A stretch of DNA of 64,000 bases from Oceanispirochaeta sp. (lineage in GTDB: Bacteria > Spirochaetota > Spirochaetia > DSM-2461), in assembly GCA_963666275.2 (NCBI GenBank), contig CAXXOA010000001.1:224001-288000 (forward strand). The letters are read 5' to 3'. Below are positions 37,286-46,792 of the stretch, in pieces. The number at the start of each line of letters is the position of its first letter. Position 1 is the first letter of the stretch. The position numbers and the translations under genes are program-made. The notes under the pieces were generated by a model. The model was not told the DNA's origin. It saw only the letters and a list, made by a program, of their open reading frames with translations, and made no database searches.

Positions 37286-39307
37286 ATGGTAATATTCAGG
37301 ACTTTCCGTTCCAGAATCCTGTTTATTGTTCTGGGGAGTTTTCTGATCTTTTCACTGTTCTTATCCATTTCAAGCGTCTCTTTCAATTATACCCAGATCA
37401 AAATCGAATCAGAAGAAAAACTTATGAACATGGTCAGGCATCAGACTCTCCTGATTGATGAGATGTTCATACAGAGAAAGACCTCGGGGAATTTTCTGCA
37501 GAACTATATAAGTGATACGGTTGATCCCGACAGAATGCAGAAAGACAGAGGCTATTATCTTTCCTACAAGGAAGAGCTGGAACCGATTATTAATGCCCTG
37601 GCCGAAGAAAATAAGGATGCCTGGTTTTTCTTTAATCCCGACCTGAACGGAGAAGCCCATGATATCTGGTTTGCAGCAGATGAGTCGGGGAAGATGTTCC
37701 GTCTGCCAGAGAAAGATCTGGAATTCTATTCGGTAAGGGAGAACAGGGAGTGGTTTTTTGACGCCAGGGATCAGCGGAAAAATCTCTGGTTCAATCCCTA
37801 TCTCTCCCAAACTGAGGAGTTCACAGGAGAATACTGGATCACTTACTCCTGTCCTGTTTATGTGGATGATATTTTTATAGGGGTCGGGGGGCATGATATC
37901 TATTTCAGCGATCTTGTCAAATCTCTGGAACAGATAAGCATCTACGGAACCGGGTACGCCATTCTTCTCAACGATCATCATGATTTTCTGATTCATCCCA
38001 CCCTAACTCAGGATGTTTCCGCCAGTACCTACAAAGACGGTACCTACAGATGGATGAGTGACAGGATGGATATGGAAGCCACAGGCATTCTGGAGTATGT
38101 CTGGGAAGGGGGGGAGAATAAGTTAATGGCTTATTCCCGTCTCTCCAACAACTGGATTCTTGCGGTCACAGCCAATAAACGTATCATTTACGAACCATTA
38201 TACAGGCAGATCTACAGACTGCTGTTTATGCTTCTTGTCTTTATGGGCTTTTTTATTGTCCTCATATACAGACTGACGTCTCACCTGGCTTCAGGACTGG
38301 AGCATCTGATCTCTGCCATTGCCCAGACAGGGGCCGGCCAGTATGAACTCCCCATACCGGAGGAGTTCTATACCGATGCTACCGAGGTGGGAATCCTGGC
38401 CCGGACAGTGGAAGCCATGAGGCAGAGGCAGAACCGGTCTTTCAATGAGATACAGAAATACAATGAAGAGCTGGAAAGTATGGTCCTGGAAAGGACGGAT
38501 GAGCTGGAGGAAAAAAAGAGGCATCTTGAGGATTCTCTGGAAGCATTGCAGGTGGCTCAGAAGAAACTGATAGAGAGTGAACGATTTGAAGCATCCAATC
38601 ATATCCTGATGGAACTGGCTCACAGACTGAATACCCCTCTGGGAAATGCCAAACTAACATCTTCGATTATTCAGGACAGAGTCGCTGAACTTATACAGAT
38701 GGAACCGCAGAAGCGCTGTTCCTGGGTCGAGGAAAATAAAAATCTCCTTGAAGAGACTCTGGGGCATATACGTCATTCGATAGAACAGTCCATAAAAATC
38801 ATCCAGGGGCTTCAGGAAGTCACAAAAGAGGCAGAACAGAAATCCGAAGAGATCCTCAGTCTGAAACAGTTCCTGAACTTCACCTTTTCACACTACAGGA
38901 TTGCCCATGATGATGAGATTCCTGAATTCTCACTTGATTGCCCCGAGGATATAACGCTCCATACAAATCCGGATATCTTATTGAAGGTCATGAAAAATCT
39001 CTACACCTATTCACAGGAAGAGAGCATGAAAGGCAGTGATATAAAAGAGATAAATATCTTTGTGCGGGTTAAAGGCAGTACTGTGTTTCTGGAATACCAT
39101 GACTCCTCTTCCCTGGAATATTCAGACATGAATGAGCATGTTTTTGAACCCTACTCTTACAGGTCTTTCAAATCAGATGAGAAAGGGATCGAAATGCATC
39201 TTGTCTATTTTCTTGTGAGAAGTGTTCTTTCCGGAGAAATTACCTGCCTTGAAAATGCAGAAGGGAAACCCTATTTTCTGATAGAGCTTCCCTCTGCTTC
39301 ATTCTGA
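37286..39307 (+). CDS. Cache/HAMP membrane sensor, histidine-kinase-like with degenerate ATPase domain
   Basis: Two TM segments around a dCache-like region (WFNPY, ITYSCPVY), HAMP (TEVGILA), H-box LAHRLNTPLG; N/G1/G2 boxes eroded. Confidence 0.75.
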   Translation: MVIFRTFRSRILFIVLGSFLIFSLFLSISSVSFNYTQIKIESEEKLMNMVRHQTLLIDEMFIQRKTSGNFLQNYISDTVDPDRMQKDRGYYLSYKEELEPIINALAEENKDAWFFFNPDLNGEAHDIWFAADESGKMFRLPEKDLEFYSVRENREWFFDARDQRKNLWFNPYLSQTEEFTGEYWITYSCPVYVDDIFIGVGGHDIYFSDLVKSLEQISIYGTGYAILLNDHHDFLIHPTLTQDVSASTYKDGTYRWMSDRMDMEATGILEYVWEGGENKLMAYSRLSNNWILAVTANKRIIYEPLYRQIYRLLFMLLVFMGFFIVLIYRLTSHLASGLEHLISAIAQTGAGQYELPIPEEFYTDATEVGILARTVEAMRQRQNRSFNEIQKYNEELESMVLERTDELEEKKRHLEDSLEALQVAQKKLIESERFEASNHILMELAHRLNTPLGNAKLTSSIIQDRVAELIQMEPQKRCSWVEENKNLLEETLGHIRHSIEQSIKIIQGLQEVTKEAEQKSEEILSLKQFLNFTFSHYRIAHDDEIPEFSLDCPEDITLHTNPDILLKVMKNLYTYSQEESMKGSDIKEINIFVRVKGSTVFLEYHDSSSLEYSDMNEHVFEPYSYRSFKSDEKGIEMHLVYFLVRSVLSGEITCLENAEGKPYFLIELPSASF

Positions 39308-39313
39308 TTAAAC

Positions 39314-41662
39314 TCAGGAAAAAACGATCTTTTCCACTTCCTTGAAGGTTTCCACGGGGTGGAAGGTAATTCCCGATTTGACATTTTCGGGGATCTCATC
39401 CAGATCCCGGGCATTCTGCCTGGGAATGATTATATCTTTAATTTTGTTCCTCCGGGCGGCGATGGTCTTCTCTTTAAGACCGCCGATGGGAAGGACTTTT
39501 CCCGTCAGGGAAAGCTCTCCGGTCATGGCAAGGTTCTTTTTGATGGTCTTTCCCCGGATGAGGGAGAGCATTGCCGTGGCCATGGTAATTCCTGCGGAGG
39601 GACCGTCCTTGGGAGTGGCCCCTTCGGGAATGTGGAGATGGATCGTATTCTTTTCAAAGAAGTCCTGCTTGATGCCGAACTTTCCTGCAATCTGCTTCAC
39701 GTGGGAGTAGGCAATGCTGGCGGACTCTTTCATGACATCTCCCATCTGACCGGTCAGCTGGAGACCGCCCTTTCCAGGCATTTTAATCGCTTCGATGATC
39801 AGGGTATCTCCGCCCATGCTGGTCCAGGCCAGTCCTATACTGGTTCCGGGAACCGATGCCCTTTTGATCTCATCTTCCGGAAAGAAGGGCTTTTTCAGAA
39901 ATTCCTCCAGATTCTCTTTGGTAATCCTTATGGGAAATTCCTCCTGGCCGCTGACAATTTTCCTTGCCACTTTCCTGTTGATTTTATCGATCGCTTTTTC
40001 AAAGGTCCTCACGCCTGCTTCCCGGGCATAACCGTCCACAATGCTCCGCAGAGCCGTTTTGTTGAACATGAGCTGTCCCTTTTCGATCCCGTGCTTTTTC
40101 ATGGACTTGGGAATCAGGTATTTCCTGGCAATCTCAATCTTTTCGTCAGTGATGTAACCTGAAAGCCGTATGATCTCCATCCTGTCCAGAAGGGGACGGG
40201 GTATGGTATCCAGTGTATTGGCTGTGGCAATAAACAGGATATGGGAGAGATCATAGGGCAGATCCAGATAGTGATCCCTGAAAGAGACATTCTGTTCCGG
40301 ATCCAGTACTTCCAGAAGGGCTGAAGAGGGGTCTCCCTGGTAGGACTGACCCAGTTTGTCGATCTCATCAATCATAAAGACAGGGCCTTTGGTTTTGACA
40401 ATTTTCAGTCCCTGAATGATTTTTCCCGGCATGGCACCCACATAGGTCCGTCGGTGACCTTTTATTTCCGCTTCGTCCCGCATTCCCCCTACGGAGAAAC
40501 GGAAGAACTCTCTGTTCAGGGCATGGGCAATGGATTTTCCAATCGATGTTTTACCAACTCCCGGAGGGCCTACCAGACAGACGATGGATCCTTTGTTATC
40601 CTCTTTCAGTTTCCGAACCGACAGGTATTCTAGGATTCTCTCTTTCACATCCTCCAGGCCGTAATGGTCCCGGTTGAGGATTTTCTCACCCTTGGCAATG
40701 TCTATCTTTTCGGGGACCGGATCGTCCCAGGGAAGGTTGACGATTGTATCCAGGTAGTTTCTTGTTACAATGTATTCAGAGGAAGAGGGATCCATCAGGG
40801 CAAACTTTTCAAGTTCCCTGTCGACCTGTTCCTTGGCTTCTCCCTGGAAGTCCAGTTTTTCGACCATTTCCTTGAACTTGAGATATTCGCTGGATTTGGA
40901 ATCCATCGGTTCTCCCAGTTCTTTTTTGATGGCTTTGATCTCTTCCCTGAGAAAGTACTCTCTCTGGCTTTTCTCGATCTTTTCATTGATCTGATTGGCG
41001 ATCTTCTTCTGTATTCTCAGCAGATCCTGCTCTTTCTTGATGTAGACAAGGACCTGCTCCATTCTGGCCCGCACATCCAGCTGTTCCAGAACCTTCTGCT
41101 GCTGCTCCCTGTCGATGTTGAGGATCGATGTGATGAAGTCGGCGATTTTTCCGGGATTGTCTATGTTGACCATGTTAAGACGCATCTCTTCAGAAAAAAG
41201 AGGATTATCCTCTGAGATCTGTTTCATCTCGGATATCAGAGATCTTGTCATGGCCTTCAGTTCGTCTTTCTGTTCGTCAATGACAATATCATCCAGATAT
41301 TCCACGGCGCCGATTATGGGGGCTTCGCTTGTGAAGAATTTCCGGATCTTGAAACGCTTCACTGTGGAAATGAAGATATTGACTCCTCCGTCGGGGAGGT
41401 TGATCTTTTTGACTATTTTTGCCGCTGTCCCGATCTTGTAGATATCATCCGGACCTGTCGCCTCGTCGCTGTCTTCCTTGAGGAGGACAAGACCTATGAC
41501 TTTATCATTTTCCATGGCCTGGTTCACTATCTGAATATCATCATTGGAAGTGATCATAATAGGAGTGAAAATCCCAGGAAATATGGGTTTCCCCAGAAGG
41601 GGGACAATAAAGAGTTTATCAGGTAAAGCCTGTTCTGCTACGATTATTTCTCCATCTGCCAT
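39314..41662 (-). CDS. lon: ATP-dependent Lon protease
   Basis: GPPGVGKTS, DEIDK, HIPEGATPKDGPSAG (catalytic Ser), IGGLKEK. Confidence 0.98.
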   Translation of the reverse strand: MADGEIIVAEQALPDKLFIVPLLGKPIFPGIFTPIMITSNDDIQIVNQAMENDKVIGLVLLKEDSDEATGPDDIYKIGTAAKIVKKINLPDGGVNIFISTVKRFKIRKFFTSEAPIIGAVEYLDDIVIDEQKDELKAMTRSLISEMKQISEDNPLFSEEMRLNMVNIDNPGKIADFITSILNIDREQQQKVLEQLDVRARMEQVLVYIKKEQDLLRIQKKIANQINEKIEKSQREYFLREEIKAIKKELGEPMDSKSSEYLKFKEMVEKLDFQGEAKEQVDRELEKFALMDPSSSEYIVTRNYLDTIVNLPWDDPVPEKIDIAKGEKILNRDHYGLEDVKERILEYLSVRKLKEDNKGSIVCLVGPPGVGKTSIGKSIAHALNREFFRFSVGGMRDEAEIKGHRRTYVGAMPGKIIQGLKIVKTKGPVFMIDEIDKLGQSYQGDPSSALLEVLDPEQNVSFRDHYLDLPYDLSHILFIATANTLDTIPRPLLDRMEIIRLSGYITDEKIEIARKYLIPKSMKKHGIEKGQLMFNKTALRSIVDGYAREAGVRTFEKAIDKINRKVARKIVSGQEEFPIRITKENLEEFLKKPFFPEDEIKRASVPGTSIGLAWTSMGGDTLIIEAIKMPGKGGLQLTGQMGDVMKESASIAYSHVKQIAGKFGIKQDFFEKNTIHLHIPEGATPKDGPSAGITMATAMLSLIRGKTIKKNLAMTGELSLTGKVLPIGGLKEKTIAARRNKIKDIIIPRQNARDLDEIPENVKSGITFHPVETFKEVEKIVFS

Positions 41663-41838
41663 GTATATCTCCTGTGGTGTGTCTGTTTGTTCTTTATCAA
41701 ACCGTCCGGTTATCTGACCGGAAGGCTATTAATACTTAGAATTTATTATTTCCGATCCTTAAAGGCAAGTTAATTCTGGAACTTGGATCAAATTGAGTTG
41801 GCCCGGCTGCTGTGTTGAGGTATGATGGGCTTTACCTG

Positions 41839-42570
41839 ATGAATCGGCTTATCAAAGACAGCTACATACCCCTGGGGGCCCGTCCGCTGGGGGATAATCA
41901 TAAAAGCGTCCAGATCCTGACCTCCCGGAACGGCCTTCTCTATGCGGCAGCCTTCGGTGCAGGGGGGAAACAGAGCCGTTTGCGTGCCCTTATCCAGCCC
42001 TTCTCTCTGTGCGAAGGGGAGCTCTATTTTGATCCTGTGAAAAATCTCTGGCGACTGAAAGACGGAAACTGTCTGGAGATGCGTGACTCCTTCCATGAAA
42101 ACCTGAGTAAGTACTACGCCGCTCTTTTCTGGAGTGAACTTATACGCAAAACCGACGGGGGAGCCGGATCACACGATTTCTTCCAGCTGACCCGGACCTT
42201 TCTGCAGACCCTGGAACGGACGGATCACCCGAATGCTCCCACCATCCTTGTCACCGGGATCTGGCATTTTCTGGATCTGGAGGGAATCCGTCCTGATCTC
42301 AATAACTGCTCCCGCTGCGGCAGAACAGCTCCTGTAAACAAGGCTGTCTGTTACGATACAGAAGGCCATGTGGTCTGCTCCTCCTGCCGACTGGGACATC
42401 TTCCTGTGCTTTCTGCCGGGGGAAGGTCCTACCTGAATGGAGAGAGAGAGTTCCCCTCTCTCCGGTTTGACAGGGAGACCCTCCTGGATTATCTCCTCTC
42501 TATCCTGGTTTCCTCTTCGGGATTCCGCTTTGATCAGGCCGGTATCGATATCATTCTGGGGGCGTCCTGA
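41839..42570 (+). CDS. recO: DNA repair protein RecO
   Basis: OB-fold start with ILTSRNG and SRLRALIQPF; Zn finger CSRC...CSSC; start ATG at 41839 (TTG at 41812 is an alternative). Confidence 0.85.
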   Translation: MNRLIKDSYIPLGARPLGDNHKSVQILTSRNGLLYAAAFGAGGKQSRLRALIQPFSLCEGELYFDPVKNLWRLKDGNCLEMRDSFHENLSKYYAALFWSELIRKTDGGAGSHDFFQLTRTFLQTLERTDHPNAPTILVTGIWHFLDLEGIRPDLNNCSRCGRTAPVNKAVCYDTEGHVVCSSCRLGHLPVLSAGGRSYLNGEREFPSLRFDRETLLDYLLSILVSSSGFRFDQAGIDIILGAS

Positions 42571-42756
42571 AAGAGAATAGGGGCATATGGCTCTGTTTCT
42601 CTATCCGTCTGTCTCCAGTATTATAGGAAAATACCTTCTTTTTTTTAAAAAAATACTCCTTTTTTTTATTGATGGATTTCTATCAAACCAGTATGATTTA
42701 GTTCGTGGTTTAATAGAGGTTAACAATTTAATAAGACAAGTAAAAAGGACGGATTC

Positions 42757-44856
42757 ATGAAAGAGGACAAATCGGCAGTGCATTTCAGGGACACTCTCAC
42801 TTTTTCATTCATTAAATATTTTCTGATCTTTCAGATAATCATTTTTGCCGCTCTGGGACTACTCATGAGAAAAGTAGCCAATGAGATGGTGTTCCGAAGT
42901 CAGGAACAGCAGATGATGATCATTGCGGATTCTCTGGAAGACACTGTCAGCGGAACCATCAGAGGCATGGCCAATCTCGTGTATTCCTATGCGCAGAACA
43001 CCGCATTCCGGGATGGACTGACCGGGGGGGATCTCTTTCAGTCTGACAGCCTGATCAAGCTCATTGAAGAGCAGGATATGTATATTGATTCTGTATTTCT
43101 GGCAGATAAAGAGGGGATCATAAGAGCTTCCAATCAGTTCAATATCCTGCGGGTGGATATTTCCGAACGGGACTACTTTCAGGCCGTTACAGCCGGCAGG
43201 GAACAGAAATTCGTGGAAAAGACCGCGATCATATCAAAAGCCTCGGGAGAACCTGTCATTGTCATCGCCGCCCCCATAATGAACAGGACTGAAGTTGTCG
43301 GAATGCTGGGGATCTCTATTGATCTGGGCAGTTTCGGGCGCATTGTGGTGGCCAACAAACAGATCGGCCAGACAGGTTATGCCTATGTGATTGATCATAG
43401 TGATCATGTTATCGTCCACCCGGATCCGGAGCTTATCTTATATGATGCGGGGCAATGGGATTTTATCACCCAGGCGAAATCGGAAGGGAGCAGTCATCTG
43501 TATATGCCCTACACTTTCGAAGGAGAATCGAAGCAGGCTGCCTTTGCCCGGCTGGATGGACTGGACTGGATGGTGGTTGTAACCATTCCGGATAGGGAGG
43601 TGGCCGCCCTTGCTGCCAGACTGACGGAGATACTGGTCCTGGCGATTCTGGTGACAAGCCTTCTGATTGCAGGATTCCTCTTCTTTCTGATTAAATTTAA
43701 GGTCACCGACAGGCTGAAAAACCTGGAACAGCTCATGGGACTGGCCGCTCAGGGAAGCCTGAGCGACCGGGGGATTGAGAAAGGGAAGGATGAATTGTCT
43801 TCCATCATCAGAAGTTACAATACCATGATCGAAGCTCTGAGCGGTTTCTGTTCGAATATCCATCAGCAGCTCCATGTTATGGAAGAGGGCGGAAGCGATC
43901 TGGCCGCCAATATGGAGGAGACCGCAGCCGCAGTGGAGTAGATTCAGGCCAATGTGGGCAGTTCGATGAGCCAGTTCCGTACTCAGGAAGAGAGTGTGGA
44001 TGCCACGGTTTCGGCTGTGGAGCATATGACTGCCAATATTGAAGCTCTGGATCAGAACATAGGCCGGCAGAGCAGCAGCATCGTGGATTCTTCTTCGGCT
44101 GTAGAGGAGCTGATCGCCCAGATTCAGGCGATCTCAAGTTCTGCGGAGGATGCTCAGGGCTGTATGAATGATCTTGTGACCTCATCTGAAAGCGGTCGGT
44201 CCAATCTCCAGTCCGTTTCAGCTATGGTCACAACCATTTCGGACAAATCGAAGGAGCTGGAAGATGCCAACGCTCTGATTTCTGGAATTGCCGCCAGAAC
44301 CAATCTTCTGGCTATGAATGCCGCCATTGAAGCGGCTCATGCAGGAGATGCCGGACGGGGATTCGCCGTCGTGGCCGATGAAATCCGGAAACTGGCGGAG
44401 CAGTCCACAGGCCAGTCCACCCAGGTAAAACAATCCATAGGTGAAATCAAAGCCTTTATTCAGGATGTGGTCCGGGGATCGGAAGTCTCGGACAGATCTT
44501 TCGAAGAGATACGCAGCCATATCAGCAGGATGGAGGGGATTACCCGTGAAATCCGCTCCTCCATGGCTGAGCAGGCTTCAGGAAGCAGTCTGATCCTGGG
44601 AACCCTTGAGGATATGCGGGAGAACTCCTCTCTGGTTCAGGCTGGCTCTGAGAAGATGACCCGGGACAACCGGGTGATACTGGATGCCGTGGGCAGGCTC
44701 AAAGAGGTGAACCGGAATCTGAATCTGGCCATGCGTGAGATCACAGGGGGGATCGAAGAGATCAACCAGTCTGTATTGAACATTACAGGGCTTTCGGAAC
44801 GTAACAGGGAAAGCATTGAAGGGGTGCGCGATGACGCTTCCCGGTATACAATCTAG
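42757..44856 (+). pseudogene. Methyl-accepting chemotaxis protein (dCache-HAMP-MA) interrupted by a single in-frame TAG at 43939-43941
   Basis: Frame reads ...[21 protein letters not shown]... and continues without a shift to [38 protein letters not shown]. Confidence 0.85.
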
Positions 44857-44859
44857 GGT

Positions 44860-45408
44860 ATGAAAAGACTTTTTCTGGCCCTGCCTCTCTCTCCGGAGGG
44901 AGCCCGTGCTCTCTGGCATGCCTGGGAGCCTCTCCGTTTCAGCCGCATCCGATGGGTCCCTGCTGAACAGTTTCATATTACCCTTGTCTTTCTGGGAGAG
45001 ACAGAGGAGCGGGAGATTCCTGTGATTGTGGAAAGTATGGAAAAGACGGGAGCGTCCTTTTCATCCTTTCCTGTTCTGACCGGAGGGCCCGGCGCCTTCC
45101 CCGGGAAGAAGGGCCCCCGGGTCCTCTTCGAATCCTTTCGGGAAGGCGGAGACCGGATCGCTGAGATCCAGAAGGATCTATCAGGACGGCTTTCTCCCTT
45201 TTTTACTCTGGAAAAGAGGAAATTCCATCCCCATATAACCACCGCCAGGATCAGGCCCGGCACAGGACTACCTTCCGGATTTATTCCCCACGGGGGGACT
45301 TCTCCTGTCAGGGATACACTGAACCGGATTGTCCTGTTCGAATCGGTCCTCTCTTCCCGGGGGGCGGAGTATTACCCCCTGCATGAAACACCCCTGAACA
45401 GGAGTTGA
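44860..45408 (+). CDS. thpR: RNA 2',3'-cyclic phosphodiesterase (2H family)
   Basis: RLFLAL start, HITLVFLG and FHPHITTAR 2H motifs. Confidence 0.9.
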   Translation: MKRLFLALPLSPEGARALWHAWEPLRFSRIRWVPAEQFHITLVFLGETEEREIPVIVESMEKTGASFSSFPVLTGGPGAFPGKKGPRVLFESFREGGDRIAEIQKDLSGRLSPFFTLEKRKFHPHITTARIRPGTGLPSGFIPHGGTSPVRDTLNRIVLFESVLSSRGAEYYPLHETPLNRS

Positions 45409-45486
45409 GGACTGACCTGTTCCTGCGAAAATGGACAGGGACTCTGACTGTTGTATAATAGGGATTGAGAGGAACAGGAGGCGCTC

Positions 45487-46791
45487 ATGCGGGCAGCAGA
45501 TTTGATTATGAAAAAACGGGACGGACAGGTCCTGAGTTACGGGGAGCTCCGGTTTTTTATCGAAGGGTATGTTGCAGGTGAAATACCCGACTATCAGGCC
45601 GCTTCCTGGCTGATGGCTGTCTATTTCAAAGGCATGTCTGCGGAGGAAACAGGAAATCTGACCAAACTGATGATGCACTCCGGAAAGGTTCTTGATCTGT
45701 CTTCTCTCAAAGGCCCGCTTGTGGATAAACACTCCACCGGAGGGGTGGGGGATAAAACCTCTCTGATACTGGCCCCTGTCGCCGCAGCCTGCGGAGTACA
45801 GGTTCCCATGATGAGCGGGAGAGCCCTGGGGCATACAGGGGGGACCCTTGATAAGCTGGAATCCCTGAAAGGGTACAATGTCACTTTCACCGAACCGGAG
45901 ATCCTCAGGATCCTCAGGGAAACAGGGTACATTGTCATGGGACAGACCGAGCACATTGTGCCGGCAGACAGAAAAATGTACGCCCTGAGGGATGTGACTG
46001 CCACAGTGGAGTCCATACCCCTGATCACCGCCAGTATCCTGAGCAAAAAACTGGCCGAAGGGGCGGACTCCCTGGTGTTTGATGTGAAATGCGGTTCCGG
46101 GGCTTTTATGAAAAATGAAGAGGCCGCCCTGGAACTGGCGGATTCTCTTGTGAATACAGGAAAAGCCATGGGCCGGAAGATCATAGCTCTTATCACAGCC
46201 ATGGACGAACCCCTGGGAAATATGGTCGGCAATTTCCTGGAAGTGGAAGAGGCCTGGGAGTGCCTGCAGGGCCGCGGGCCTGAGGATCTTATGGAGGTGT
46301 CAATGGCTCTGGCCGCCCGGATGCTGATGGCCGCAGGAGTCTGTACAAATCCTGAAAAAGCACTTTTCCTTTGCCGGGAAAAAATTGATAATGGGGAAGC
46401 TTCCCGGATCTTTCTGGAGAACCTGAAATCCCAGGGAGGAGATCCCGACTGGTTCCGGGAGAATGCCGGTTCCTGGCGGGCACCTGTGCGGAGAGTTCTC
46501 AAAGCGTCCGCTGCGGGATATATAAGCCGGATTGATGCCTTTCAAACGGGAATGGCCGGGATCAGCCTGGGAGTCGGCCGCAGCAGGGCCGGAGATCCTG
46601 TGGAACCCCATACGGGGATACGGTTTTTTGCCAAAACCGGAGATTTTGTTGAGAAAAATGAAGCGGTCTGTGAAATTTTCGCCTTAAGTAATCAGCAGGC
46701 GGATGAGGCTCTCGGGATTATGGAGAGGGCCGTGAAGACAGACCCTGAAAAACCCGAAGTCATTCCCAGGATCCTTCGGGAAATAACCTAG
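45487..46791 (+). CDS. pdp: Pyrimidine-nucleoside (thymidine) phosphorylase
   Basis: DKHSTGGVGDK, SGRALGHTGGTLDKLES, LRDVTATV, SILSKKLAEG, DVKCGSGAFMK. Confidence 0.95.
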   Translation: MRAADLIMKKRDGQVLSYGELRFFIEGYVAGEIPDYQAASWLMAVYFKGMSAEETGNLTKLMMHSGKVLDLSSLKGPLVDKHSTGGVGDKTSLILAPVAAACGVQVPMMSGRALGHTGGTLDKLESLKGYNVTFTEPEILRILRETGYIVMGQTEHIVPADRKMYALRDVTATVESIPLITASILSKKLAEGADSLVFDVKCGSGAFMKNEEAALELADSLVNTGKAMGRKIIALITAMDEPLGNMVGNFLEVEEAWECLQGRGPEDLMEVSMALAARMLMAAGVCTNPEKALFLCREKIDNGEASRIFLENLKSQGGDPDWFRENAGSWRAPVRRVLKASAAGYISRIDAFQTGMAGISLGVGRSRAGDPVEPHTGIRFFAKTGDFVEKNEAVCEIFALSNQQADEALGIMERAVKTDPEKPEVIPRILREIT

Positions 46792-46792
46792 T

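Noticed and set aside
41700..41730. Hairpin upstream of lon as CIRCE or an RNA thermometer
   Set aside because: It does not match TTAGCACTC-N9-GAGTGCTAA and does not cover the SD.
43939..43941. TAG as pyrrolysine or genome-wide stop recoding
   Set aside because: Several intact genes here end in TAG at the expected family length (e.g. larA, ABC permease, pdp), no pyl genes are in the window, and the position fits a Gln/Glu codon.
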